Assembly (NCBI GenBank): GCA_014191855.1 | Contig: BJHF01000010.1 | Coordinates: forward strand, 1,121 to 65,120 | DNA length: 64,000 nucleotides | Origin: Deltaproteobacteria bacterium | GTDB lineage: Bacteria; Myxococcota_A; UBA796; SXON01 | Direction: 5' to 3' | Shown: positions 1 through 9,900 of the stretch, piece after piece | Position numbering within the stretch: position 1 is the first letter of the stretch | How the letters are laid out: every line of letters begins with the position of its first letter | Position numbers and translations under genes: made by a program | Notes under the pieces: generated by a model | Database searches by the model: none | The model's input: the letters and a program-made list of their open reading frames with translations, nothing else | What the model was told of the DNA's origin: nothing

Positions 1-914
1 CGGTCGGGATGCCAGGTTTGCACCAGCCGAAGCCAGGCTTCTCGCAGCGCATCCCCGGCCGTCCCGGGCGGCACCCCCAGTGTCGCCCACGCTTCGAGCC
101 GCGGGTCGGGGTGGGCCTGCACCCCTTCGGCGGCGGTTCCGAGCGCGTCGGCCAGCGCAGCGATGTACTCTCGCTGTGCCCCCCCCGGCCAGGACTCCGC
201 GACGCCCCGCCACAACCAGCCGATGAGTCGGGCGCGCCCTTCCCCGTCGAGGTGGGGGTCGAGCCGACTGGCCACCTTCGCGGCGTCCAGCCGCGCGACG
301 TCCGCCGCCGCCAGCTCGCGGACCCATGCGCGCAGCCACGCCAGCCCGTCTTCATCGAGCGCGAGCCCTTCGATGAAGCTCTCCCGGATGAAGCGCGCGT
401 CCTCCCGCGTGAACACGCGCCCGCCGGCCCGCGCGCACGCCACCAGCGCCATCACCGCCCGGGCCGGGCCGCTGCTCCCGAGCCGCCGTACCCGGTTGGG
501 GAGCCGCACCCGGAAGGTCGCTTCGTCGCTGCGACCGGGCTCGGCGCGCACCCGCACGAACACGTCGGTTGCGTCCTCGTCCCCCAGCTCGGCGTAAGGG
601 ACGAACACCTGAGGGGCCGCGCAGGTTTCGTCGGGATCTTCCGGCGTCACCGTCGCGCGGTGCACCGTGTCGCCCACCTTCACGCGCACCTTCACGTCCA
701 CGCCGAGCAACTTTCGCGCGGTCCACACGGGCGTGAGCACGAGGCCGGGGCCGCTGTCTCCGAAACCATGATGTTGCCAGTCCAACCTGGATAGCTCCAG
801 CGCACGGCTGCTGTCTCCGAGCACATGCCCCACGGTGGCTCCCAGGCCGGCGCCGAGTGGCCCGCCGAGCATGCCGCCGATCAGGCCACCAACGAGCTTA
901 CCCGACCAGGCCAT
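1..914 (-). CDS. J-domain co-chaperone, DjlA-like (C-terminus runs off the window start)
   Basis: Absent from the ORF track because no stop lies inside the window. My minus-strand translation from ATG at 914 gives MAWSGKLVGGLIGGMLGGPLGAGLGATVGH, a Gly-rich membrane segment as in DjlA. A TerB-like middle part follows, then ...RLEAWATLGVPPGTAGDALREAWLRLVQTWHPD at nt ~90-1, a J domain with the HPD motif. The C8 run at 179-186 keeps the frame. Confidence 0.7.
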   Translation of the reverse strand, partial: MAWSGKLVGGLIGGMLGGPLGAGLGATVGHVLGDSSRALELSRLDWQHHGFGDSGPGLVLTPVWTARKLLGVDVKVRVKVGDTVHRATVTPEDPDETCAAPQVFVPYAELGDEDATDVFVRVRAEPGRSDEATFRVRLPNRVRRLGSSGPARAVMALVACARAGGRVFTREDARFIRESFIEGLALDEDGLAWLRAWVRELAAADVARLDAAKVASRLDPHLDGEGRARLIGWLWRGVAESWPGGAQREYIAALADALGTAAEGVQAHPDPRLEAWATLGVPPGTAGDALREAWLRLVQTWHPD

Positions 915-1338
915 CCCACTCGGCGCTCCCGTTCGGGGTCTCCCAGAGGCGCAGCCGCACGACACGAACGCCGGTGTCGGCGAGCAGCTCACGCGCGCGG
1001 ATCGCCAGCTCGGCGGCGAGGTTCTCTGCGGTAGGCGGCACCTTCATCCAGTACACGGGGCGCCCATAAGCGGCGTTGCTGGCGGCGAGGAGCGCGATCG
1101 CCGGGTCGGGATCCCCCTCCATCAGGATCGCGGTGTGGTCCCAGTTGGTATCGATCCACCCGCCCACCCGCTCCTTGATGACGCCGAAGTCGATGACTCG
1201 CCCGCGGTCGTCGAGCGCGTCGGCGTGGCAGGTGATCTCGACCGCATAGCGGTGGCCGTGGAAGGCGGCACACTTCGATTCGTGACGAGGGATGCGGTGC
1301 ATCGCGTCCCACTCCAGCCGCCGGGTGCAAGTCAGCAT
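898..1338 (-). CDS. queD: 6-carboxy-5,6,7,8-tetrahydropterin synthase (QueD / PTPS family)
   Basis: 146 aa. CAAFHGHRY matches the CxxxHGH motif of the PTPS/QueD family, and size and overall pattern fit. The stop overlaps the DjlA-like start by 17 nt. Confidence 0.85.
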   Translation of the reverse strand: MLTCTRRLEWDAMHRIPRHESKCAAFHGHRYAVEITCHADALDDRGRVIDFGVIKERVGGWIDTNWDHTAILMEGDPDPAIALLAASNAAYGRPVYWMKVPPTAENLAAELAIRARELLADTGVRVVRLRLWETPNGSAEWDGLVG

Positions 1339-1347
1339 GGCGCGGGG

Positions 1348-3195
1348 CTAACCCGGAGGCGTGGCGCCCGGGGCTCCGGTGATCGGGTCGGTCACGCAGA
1401 GCGGCAGGACGAGGTTGCCATAGTACCAGGCGAGCGTGCGGTCGGCCCGGTCGGCGTCCATCGGCGGGGGCTTGCCGTCGTACGAGAGCCCGTTCACGTT
1501 GACCGGGAGCTGTTCGAACGCGGACGCGCACGCCGTCGCGTTCTCTACGCGGGCCCGGCTCGGTGCGGTGGCCACCCAGTCCACGGCGGCCTGGGGCGTC
1601 GCAAAACGGGCTTCGGTGCTCGTGAAGCAGCCGAGATCCCGCAGGGGCGCGATGGTGCCGACCGAGCTGTGGTAGTATCTGGGCTGAACCGCGCGTGCGA
1701 ACGCCTGCTTTCGGGGAGCGAGCGTCGCACACATCGGGTTGTCGAGGCGTAGCCGATTGGGGTCCTGCGTCGCGAGGGCGTCGAACGCGTCCGCGAGGGT
1801 TGCGTCGCGGAAGCCCAGCTTCGCCACCCTGCCACGCTCGACCATCACGCCGTAGGCGGCGATCTGTCCGGCCGACATCAGCATCGACTCGTAGGTGTTC
1901 CCCGAGTAGCCGGCGATCAAGGCTTGAATCCGTGCGCTCATCGCCGCGTCCACTCCCGCGTTGCGCGCGCGAACGGCGATCGCGGACCACTCGAAGCGCT
2001 CGCCCAACGCAGGCTTGTCGCTCCACGGCACCTCGGCCGAGAGCCCGTGCGCCTTCACCAACTCGGCGTACCGACCCAGCTCCCCCACCTGCTCGCCGGG
2101 TGCGAGGCAACGCGCCATCGAGGCCACGAGATCCGAGGAGCTCGGCACGTCTACGAGCACGGTGGGGAAGTTGTAGAAGTAGCGGCCTACACTCGAAAAT
2201 AGCGGGGCGGCGTCGGTCTGCACCCGGAACTCGACCTCGCGGTGCCCCTGTGGGTCGGCCTTCTCGTCCGGAGAATAACCAACGTCCACCGCCAGCTTCG
2301 TCGCCTCCTTCACCAGTCGGTCGTAGCCGGCGCGATCCTGTGCCAGCTTCCACCCGACGACATCGAGGTATCGGAGCATCTCTTCCTGGCGCTGGCAGTC
2401 GAGCCCGAGCTGCTGCAACGCCATGAGCCGGAGCGCGAAGCCGGCCTGCTGCTGCTTGTCCTTGGCGTTCGTCGGTACCGGGAACGTGGCGAGGATCTTG
2501 TCCAGGATCTCGGTCCTTCGTTTGTCCTTCGCGCGCTTCTGGTCGGCCACCTGCTTGTCGAGGCTCATCCGCAGCCCGCCGAGCGCATCCTTCGCGGCGG
2601 CGAACGCAGGATCGGTCAGCAGGGCCTGCCCGAACGCCGCCTTGGCTTCGTCCACCTTGCCTTCGGACTGCCGCTCCATGCCCACGCTGTAGGCGGCGAA
2701 CGCGTCGAAGTTCTTGGTGGGCACCGACGCAAGCAGCCGCATTCGGGCGTCCTCCGCGAGCGAAACGTCGAGCCCCGAGAGCAGCGCGGTGACCAGCTCT
2801 TTCTCGACTGCGGTAAACGTCGCCACCGTGCCGTGTGCGTCTGCCGCGCGAACCACGGCGCCGGTGGCCACGCTCACGAGCCGCGCGTCCAGCAAGAACT
2901 GCTCCCCCAGCACGCTGTACCCGCCGAGCACGACGAACTCGGCGCCGACGCCCTTTCCGAGCTTCTGTGCGGTGTTCGGGTCGATGAACCCGCCCTTTCC
3001 GAGCTCGATCTCCGCCAGCACCGCGTCGAGTTGGGTGCGCTCCACCAGCGTGAGGCCCGGCGCGGCCGCGAGGTCGGAGGTGACCATCCCGGCCAGCGCG
3101 CGCCCCAGCCCTTCGTAGGTTTCGCCGCCCGCGCCGCGTTCGAGGGGGAGCACGGCAACAGTGGCGGCCAGGGCGAGGGAGGAGAGCAGCAGCAA
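1348..3195 (-). CDS. Secreted protein, N-terminal CsgG/LpoB-like domain plus helical region
   Basis: 615 aa with a hydrophobic N-terminus (LLLSSLALAATVAV). Residues ~25-130 (LGRALAGMVTSDL..LVERTQLDAVLAEIEL..FVVLGGYSVLG) resemble the CsgG/LpoB-type fold. The rest is Ala/Leu-rich and helical. The track start is a TTG, so the start is uncertain. Confidence 0.6.
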   Translation of the reverse strand: MLLLSSLALAATVAVLPLERGAGGETYEGLGRALAGMVTSDLAAAPGLTLVERTQLDAVLAEIELGKGGFIDPNTAQKLGKGVGAEFVVLGGYSVLGEQFLLDARLVSVATGAVVRAADAHGTVATFTAVEKELVTALLSGLDVSLAEDARMRLLASVPTKNFDAFAAYSVGMERQSEGKVDEAKAAFGQALLTDPAFAAAKDALGGLRMSLDKQVADQKRAKDKRRTEILDKILATFPVPTNAKDKQQQAGFALRLMALQQLGLDCQRQEEMLRYLDVVGWKLAQDRAGYDRLVKEATKLAVDVGYSPDEKADPQGHREVEFRVQTDAAPLFSSVGRYFYNFPTVLVDVPSSSDLVASMARCLAPGEQVGELGRYAELVKAHGLSAEVPWSDKPALGERFEWSAIAVRARNAGVDAAMSARIQALIAGYSGNTYESMLMSAGQIAAYGVMVERGRVAKLGFRDATLADAFDALATQDPNRLRLDNPMCATLAPRKQAFARAVQPRYYHSSVGTIAPLRDLGCFTSTEARFATPQAAVDWVATAPSRARVENATACASAFEQLPVNVNGLSYDGKPPPMDADRADRTLAWYYGNLVLPLCVTDPITGAPGATPPG

Positions 3196-3314
3196 GGCGC
3201 GATCTCGGGGGGTGGGCAGCCTATCCGACGGGGCGTGGTTGACGCGAGCGCTCCGCTCCCCCAGACTGTCCCCCGACCCGACCCCCTTCCGCCTCCGGCG
3301 CCCCCGGCAGGAAT

Positions 3315-4607
3315 ATGCACCACCTCGTCATCGGTAACAGCATCGCCGGCATTGAAGCGGCGATCACCCTCCGTCGCCGCGATCCTGCGGCCCGGATCAC
3401 CGTCGTCTCGGCCGAGAGCGATCACCCCTTCGCCCGCACCGCGTTGATGTACGTGTTCTGTGGCCAGCTACGCCACGAAGACACCGAGTTTTACGACCGC
3501 GGCCTCTACGAGCGGATGAAGTTCGAGCGCGTGCGCGCCCGCGTCGTCTCCGTGCAGCCGGGGGAGCACGCCGTCACCCTCGACGACGGCCGAACCCTCA
3601 ACTACGACCGGCTGCTGCTCGCGGTCGGGAGCGCCGCGCGCCGCCTGCCGATGCCGGGCGCGTACGACGACCCTCCGGTGCACCACTTCGTCACGCGCAA
3701 GGACTACGAGGCGCTAGACGCGGCGGCGAAGCCCGGGAAACGCGCCGCGGTCATCGGCGGCGGCCTCATCGGCGTGGAGGTGGCGGAGGTGCTTCACCAG
3801 CGCGGTCTCAAGGTGCACTGGTTGGTGCGCGAGCCGTGGACGTGGCCGGTGGCGCTCGACCCGAAGGAAGCGGGCGTGGTGGAGGAGCATGTGCGCCATG
3901 AAGGCGTGGATGTCCGCACCGCCGCCGCCGTGAACGGCATGACACGCGGCGCCGCCCTCACGCTGGATGTGAACGGCGAAGCGCTGGAGGTCGATCTCGT
4001 CGTCGGCGCCATCGGTGTCGTCCCGAACACCGGCTTCTTGGCGAATTCCGGCATCCTCCTCGCGCGCGACGGCTCGATCGAAACCGGCGACGATCTCCAG
4101 TCCACTTCCTCGCCCGACGTGTTCGCCGCCGGCGACTGCGCTTGCGTGACGTGGGCCGACGGCGCTCGGCGCCCGGAAACCCTCTGGTATACCGGTCGCG
4201 ACCAGGGGCGCGCGGCGGCGGCGGCGATGGTCGGGGATTCCGTGAAGTACCGTCGCGGAACCTGGTACAACTCCGCCAAGTTCTTCGACCTCGAGTACAC
4301 CACGGCCGGCTTCGTCCCCATCTCCGACACGGCGGGTCGCAAACATCCCGGCGGCGGCCACTGGCAGACGTGGTTCCAGAAGCACCCGACGGAAGCCGCT
4401 ACATTGCGAATCATCCTCAAGGACGACCGCGTGGTCGGCTTCAACGCATTGGGTCGTCGCTGGAGTACCGACGTCTGGCTGCGCTGGGTCCACGAACGCC
4501 GCTCGCTCGCGTTCGTCCTCGCCAACCTCGCCGAGTCCACGTTCGACGAGGAATTCATGGCTCCGTTCCCCGTGCTCCCCACCGCCACGCTCGAGGAGGG
4601 CGCCTGA
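3315..4607 (+). CDS. FAD-dependent pyridine nucleotide-disulfide oxidoreductase
   Basis: 430 aa. The N-terminal dinucleotide fold is HLVIGNSIAGIEAA. A second Rossmann motif is AAVIGGGLIGVEVAE. AAGDCA lies near the C-terminal third. Confidence 0.85.
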   Translation: MHHLVIGNSIAGIEAAITLRRRDPAARITVVSAESDHPFARTALMYVFCGQLRHEDTEFYDRGLYERMKFERVRARVVSVQPGEHAVTLDDGRTLNYDRLLLAVGSAARRLPMPGAYDDPPVHHFVTRKDYEALDAAAKPGKRAAVIGGGLIGVEVAEVLHQRGLKVHWLVREPWTWPVALDPKEAGVVEEHVRHEGVDVRTAAAVNGMTRGAALTLDVNGEALEVDLVVGAIGVVPNTGFLANSGILLARDGSIETGDDLQSTSSPDVFAAGDCACVTWADGARRPETLWYTGRDQGRAAAAAMVGDSVKYRRGTWYNSAKFFDLEYTTAGFVPISDTAGRKHPGGGHWQTWFQKHPTEAATLRIILKDDRVVGFNALGRRWSTDVWLRWVHERRSLAFVLANLAESTFDEEFMAPFPVLPTATLEEGA

Positions 4608-5953
4608 TGCAAGCCGGACTGCTCGATACCTACCAGCGGCCCACCCGTACCCGCGGCGCGATCGCCTGGGTGCTCTCGGCCGTGATCACCACGTTCTACC
4701 TGCTGCTCTACCTGCCCGGCAGCTCGTTCACGCCCAATTTTCCGGACGTACTCACCCCGATTTCCACGTGGATGCACCTCCCCTCGAAGTGGTTCCTCTA
4801 CGGCCTGTTGTACTCGATCCTGATGGTCGGCGGTGGCGTTGCGATGCTGCGGCGCCACGGGAACAGCAACTACCACCGCATCCGCACGGTCACCGTCGTG
4901 AGCGTACAGATCGTTCTGGGCTTCTCGCTGCCCCTGGTGCTCAAGCTGCTCGACAAGCCCGAGCTGTATCTCACCTATGTATGGCCGCTCTCCTATGACA
5001 AGCTGTTCCCGGACACGCTCGCTGGATTACCGGCAGCGGCGGCGATCTATTTCGTAGTGATGTCGCTCATCGGCTTCCCGCTGCTCGCCTGGCGCTACGG
5101 CAAGCGCTTCTATTGTTCGTGGGTGTGCGGGTGCGGCGGCCTCGCGGAGACTTTCGGTGATCCCTGGCGGCACCTCTCCGACAAGTCCAACAAAGCGTGG
5201 CGGATCGAGCAGTACAGCATCTACACCGTGCTGGGCCTCGTGCTGCTCACGACGGGACTGATGATCGGGGACGGCGTGAGCCGCGCTGGGCTAGTGGGAG
5301 AGGCCAAGTATGCCCCGGCGATCGCGGTGTCTACGCAGCTCGCCTCCTTGTCGGAGGCGGTGGGTCAGGGAGCGCGAACCGACCTCCCCGCCGTCGCGAG
5401 CGAGGTGTCGGCGCAGGTGGCCGAGCTGAATCCGCCGTCGTGGGTCACGGACAAGGTCAAAGAGGTGGACGCAGCGGCGGCGAAGGGGGAAGCCCCCGCC
5501 GTTTCCGAAGCCATCAAGAACCTGGCCTACTCCGTGATGCCCGAGGGGAAGCTCGGCCCGCTCGCCCACAAAGCCAAGGCGTTCTACAGCTTCTTCATCG
5601 GCGCGATGTTCTCCGGCGTACTCGGCGTCGGCCTGTACCCGCTCATGGGCACCCGGGTGTGGTGCCGATTCGGCTGCCCGATGGCGGCGCTCCTCGGCCT
5701 CATGCAGAAGCTCGGCCGCTTCCGCATCGCGGTGAAGAAGGACATGTGCATCAGCTGTGGCAACTGCTCCGCCTACTGTGAGATGGGCATCGACGTTCGC
5801 GCCTACGCCATGGGAAACATGGATGTTCGCCGGGCCAGTTGTGTCGGCTGCGGGATGTGCGCCCACGTGTGTCCGCGTGGGGTTTTGCGGCTCACCTCCG
5901 CTGCGGATGCAGGGCCCGGCGCCAAGGTCGGAGAGTGGATGGTGGATTTGTAG
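4607..5953 (+). CDS. Membrane-bound 4Fe-4S polyferredoxin-like protein
   Basis: Track ORF 4142..5953 trimmed to the ATG at 4607, which overlaps the upstream stop (ATGA). Several hydrophobic helices. Cys clusters are CSWVCGCGG, CRFGCP, CISCGNCSAYC and CVGCGMCAHVCP. Confidence 0.8.
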   Translation: MQAGLLDTYQRPTRTRGAIAWVLSAVITTFYLLLYLPGSSFTPNFPDVLTPISTWMHLPSKWFLYGLLYSILMVGGGVAMLRRHGNSNYHRIRTVTVVSVQIVLGFSLPLVLKLLDKPELYLTYVWPLSYDKLFPDTLAGLPAAAAIYFVVMSLIGFPLLAWRYGKRFYCSWVCGCGGLAETFGDPWRHLSDKSNKAWRIEQYSIYTVLGLVLLTTGLMIGDGVSRAGLVGEAKYAPAIAVSTQLASLSEAVGQGARTDLPAVASEVSAQVAELNPPSWVTDKVKEVDAAAAKGEAPAVSEAIKNLAYSVMPEGKLGPLAHKAKAFYSFFIGAMFSGVLGVGLYPLMGTRVWCRFGCPMAALLGLMQKLGRFRIAVKKDMCISCGNCSAYCEMGIDVRAYAMGNMDVRRASCVGCGMCAHVCPRGVLRLTSAADAGPGAKVGEWMVDL

Positions 5954-5971
5954 GCTCCCAACGAGTCGCGT

Positions 5972-6511
5972 TCACGCGAGGGCCGCCCGGAGCTCCGCCG
6001 CGTGGACCTCGAAGCGCCGAACACGTGCGGCATCAACGATTCTGCCCGTTCGATAAGGAGCCTGGGACAGCAACGCGTCGAGGCGCGCCACCGTCAGGGG
6101 GGCCGACGCCAGGATAGCCTTGGCGTGCTCGCGATCCTGCGGCTCCCACCGCTCCAGCTTCGACACCAGCACGTCATGAGGGTGAGGCACGACCAGCGTG
6201 ACGGCCGGCGTGTCCTCATTGGTCAGCCGCCATGCTCGATTCTGCCAGTCTTCGGGGGCCGCGAACGTCTCTGGCCCCCACACCTCGACGTAGGCGTCGT
6301 GTTTGTCCTGATACCAGGACACCTCGCCCATGAGCGCGGTGATGAGGTCGCCGCGTTCGGCCGGGAGACACCACACATCGACGTCCCGGGTGCGAGGTCC
6401 GACGGGCAGGCGCATCGCGAGGGCGGCGCTACCGAACACGAAGAGCTCGCCGGCGCCCAGGAGCCGAGCGGCGTCGCTCAGGATTCGGGGGACGTCTGCA
6501 GCATCAACCAC
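5972..6511 (-). CDS. Pol-beta-superfamily nucleotidyltransferase, DUF6036-like
   Basis: Track ORF 5972..6988 trimmed to the GTG at 6511, because the upstream part is Arg-rich with poor GC3. FVFGSAALAMRLPVGPRTRDVDVW fits the hG[GS]x9-13DxD NTase motif. The C-terminal HDVLVSKLERWEPQDREHAKAI parallels the second copy at 51039. Confidence 0.65.
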   Translation of the reverse strand: MVDAADVPRILSDAARLLGAGELFVFGSAALAMRLPVGPRTRDVDVWCLPAERGDLITALMGEVSWYQDKHDAYVEVWGPETFAAPEDWQNRAWRLTNEDTPAVTLVVPHPHDVLVSKLERWEPQDREHAKAILASAPLTVARLDALLSQAPYRTGRIVDAARVRRFEVHAAELRAALA

Positions 6512-6870
6512 GGCGCACCGGCGATGAAAGGATGGGAGGTGATCATCTGGCGGGGATTGAGGCCGTCGGGGAAGGCGAGCGGGAGCGCGGACCACGGCGC
6601 GTCTCCGTCGAGCCAACTGGCGAGCGGGTGCGCGCCGCTGAGGACGGCGCGCCACGCGCAGGTCGTGGGGTCGTTGGGGGTGCGAGAGTCCAGTCTCTCC
6701 GCGGCGATCAGCCGGTTCGCACGAACCTTCCAGCGGGCGCGAACGCGGTACGCTTGGGCTTCGAGAACCTCGGCGGGAGTGGGCACCCGGTGATCGTACC
6801 TCAAAGGGAGTCGCCCTGCGCCGCCGGCGCGCCCGAAGCTCGAAGCCCGAAGCCCCCAAAACTCTGGCAT
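6478..6870 (-). CDS. Hypothetical protein, upstream partner of the nucleotidyltransferase
   Basis: 130-aa ORF. An alternative GTG start at 6786 would give 102 aa. In a 60-nt sample (6601-6660) I counted 18/20 G/C at third positions for this frame, against 13/20 for the competing long ORF frame. It overlaps the NTase start by 34 nt and contains WRAVLSGAH (an Rx6H string). Confidence 0.5.
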   Translation of the reverse strand: MPEFWGLRASSFGRAGGAGRLPLRYDHRVPTPAEVLEAQAYRVRARWKVRANRLIAAERLDSRTPNDPTTCAWRAVLSGAHPLASWLDGDAPWSALPLAFPDGLNPRQMITSHPFIAGAPWLMLQTSPES

Positions 6871-6902
6871 ACTCCCGCTCGACCCCCCGCCCTGAGACTC
6901 CC

Positions 6903-9900
6903 ATGCGCCTGCTCCCGCTCCTGCTGTTCCCGCTCCTCGGCTGCCCGCAAACGGGCGACACCGACGTGAAGGACACCGCCACGATCAACTCGGGGACGGA
7001 CCCTCACGACGATGACCGCGACGGAGTCACCGACGAAGCAGGAGATTGCGACGACAACGATGACGACGTGTTCCCCGGCGCGCTGGAGCTCTGCAACGGC
7101 GTGGACGACAATTGCGACGGCACCGTGGACGAGGGCGTCACGCTCAAGTGGTACGCCGACGAAGACGACGACGGCTTCGGTTCGACCACCAACTTCACCG
7201 AGGCGTGCACCGCGCCCGACGGCTACGTCGACCGCGGCACCGACTGCGACGACACGAACGGCACGATCTATGCCAGTGCCCCGGAGCTCTGCGACAGCCT
7301 CGACAACGACTGCGACGGGGAGATCGACGAGTCGCTGGGCGAGAGCTGGTACACAGACGCCGACGGCGACGGGTACGGAGATCCGGCGACGGAAGTGACG
7401 ATGTGCGACGGTTCGAGCGGGCTGAGCGCCGTCGGCACGGACTGCAACGACGCGGATGCGGCCATGAGCCCCGGGGCAGACGAGGTGTGCGATGGCATCG
7501 ACAACAACTGTGAGGGGACCATCGACGAGGCCTCCGCGGTCGACGCGGCGACCTGGTACCTCGACTACGACGGCGACGGCTACGGCGGCACCCGCCTGTC
7601 GGAGACCGGATGTTCGCCGAGCGAAGGGTACGTCGACAATGCGGATGACTGCGACGACGTCGATGAGTCGGTCTTCCCCGGCGCGACCGAGACGTGCAAC
7701 CTGGTAGACGACGACTGCAACGGCCTCGTGGATGATGGCACGACGGGGGCGACGACCTGGTATGCGGACGCGGACGGCGACGGCTACGGGGATGTGAGCG
7801 TTGGCGCCGCGAGCTGTGACGCGCCGGCCGGGTATGTGGCAGACGCCACGGATTGCGACGACACGGACGCGGCGGCGAACCCGGGCGAGACGGAATTGTG
7901 CAACGGGGTAGACGACAACTGCGATGGCGCGACTGATGAAACCGGCGCCCTGGGATCGCTGACCTGGTATGCCGATGCCGACGGCGACAGCTACGGCGAC
8001 GCCGGCACCAGCACCGACGCCTGCACCCAGCCCGCGGGCTACCTGAGTGACGACACCGATTGCGACGATACGAACGCCAGCGTCAATCCGGCGGGCTCCG
8101 AGGTGTGCGACGGCGTGGACAATGACTGCGATGGATCGACAGACGGCGCCGACTCGGCAGACGCGACCGTGTGGTACTACGACTACGACAGCGATGGGTA
8201 CGGGGGCTCAACCCTGCTCGAAACCGCGTGTTCACCCTCCGCCGGCTTCGTGGCCGACTCCACGGATTGCGATGATGGAGAGGCCAACACCTTCCCCGGC
8301 GCGCCGGAGTCGTGCAACGGAGAAGACGACGACTGCGACGGCGTGGTCGATGAAGCCGACGCGACCGACGTGAAGACCTGGTATGCGGACGCGGATAGTG
8401 ACGCGTATGGGGACGCGAGTGTCACCTATGATTCCTGCGACGCGCCGGTTGGCTACGTCTCCAATGCAACGGACTGCGATGACACCGACGCGGACGTGAG
8501 CCCCGGCGACCGTGAGGTGTGCGACGGCGCCGACAACGACTGCGACGGCGTGACCGACGAAGCCGACGCCATCGACGTCACGGACTGGTTCGTAGACGCC
8601 GACAGCGATGGGTACGGCGATGCATCCGTGTCCACCGCCGCATGCGACGCGCCGGCGGGCTACGTCGCGGACGACGAGGACTGCGACGACGCAGATGCCT
8701 CGATCAACCCGGGTGAAGACGAATACTGCAATGGCACCGATGACGATTGCGATGGCGCCACGGACGAAGCCGGCGCCGTGGACGTGTCGGCGTGGTACAG
8801 CGATGCCGACAGCGATGGGTATGGGGACTCCGGCAGCTCTTCGATTGGGTGCAGCGCGCCGGCCGGCTACGTTTCCGACGCGACGGACTGCAACGATGCC
8901 GATGCGAGCATCAACCCCGGCGTGAGTGAGGAGTGCAACGGGATCGACGACGATTGCGACGGCCTCGTCGACGACGGCAGCTCCGTCGGCGCCGACACCT
9001 GGTACGCCGACGACGATGGCGACGGCTACGGCGATCCCTCCGACTCCCAAACATCCTGTACGCAGCCCAGCGGCTACATTGCCGACGACGACGACTGCGA
9101 CGACACCGATGCCGACATTTCGCCCTCCGGCGAAGAGCTGTGTGATTCGGTCGACAACGACTGCGACGGCTCGGTCGACGAGTCCGACGCGACGGACGCC
9201 ACCACTTGGTACGCCGACGCCGACGGCGACGGCTCGGGCGACGCTTCGGTGAGCACCGTCGCTTGCGATGCTCCCGTCGGCTATGTCGACAACGACGACG
9301 ATTGCGACGATACGGACCCGTCGTCGGCGGCGTGCTCCTGCACCCTCTCCGCGATCGGCGGTCCGACCAACCTGCTCATGCAGGGGCCAACGTACGGATC
9401 CTGGGTGGCGGACCCGCTCGAAACGCTCGGCGCCGGCCTGATCTGGGAAATGCCCAGCTACAGCGCCGTCACCTCCCTCACGCGCTTCGCCAGCGAAGCG
9501 AACATGATCAGCCGCACCAGCCCCACCACCACCACGCTCACCTACGGCTGGGATGGCACCGGTGGCGTCGTGTACGATGGGTACCTGTACTACAACCGCG
9601 CGGCGACCACCACGCTGGTGAAGGTCGACCTCTCCACGAACACGGTCGTCGCTACGCTGGCGCTCACCGGAGCCGGCGTGCACAACACCTACCACTACCA
9701 GTGGGGCGGATATTCCGATATCGACTTCGCGGCGGATGAGCAGGGCTTGTGGGTCATCTACGCGACGCCCGCCAATTCGGGTCGCCTCGTCGTCAGCAAG
9801 ATCGATCCGGCCACGTTCACGCTCTCCGCGACCTACAACACCACCTCCGCCGGCAAGACCAGCATCGGAAACGCATTCATGATCTGCGGCGTGCTGTACG

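Noticed and set aside
179-186. C8 homopolymer that at first seemed to frameshift the DjlA-like gene.
   Set aside because: Recounting the run (CC + 8 G on the coding strand) shows that the frame is continuous into the J domain.
989-2353. 454-aa minus-strand ORF rich in Arg/Pro/Gly.
   Set aside because: It is an out-of-frame shadow of the real gene 1348..3195. The composition is typical of wrong-frame ORFs in GC-rich DNA, and it also runs across queD.
6512-6988. Upstream 159 codons of track ORF 5972..6988.
   Set aside because: The sequence is Arg-rich nonsense, and GC3 was only 13/20 in my sample against 18/20 for the overlapping 6478..6870 frame. The NTase domain starts at the GTG at 6511.
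7014-9320. Regularly spaced ~145-nt repeats considered as a possible CRISPR or other non-coding array. The same applies to 30620-33000.
   Set aside because: The units are imperfect and contiguous without unique spacers. They sit in one long ORF with a clear protein repeat grammar.
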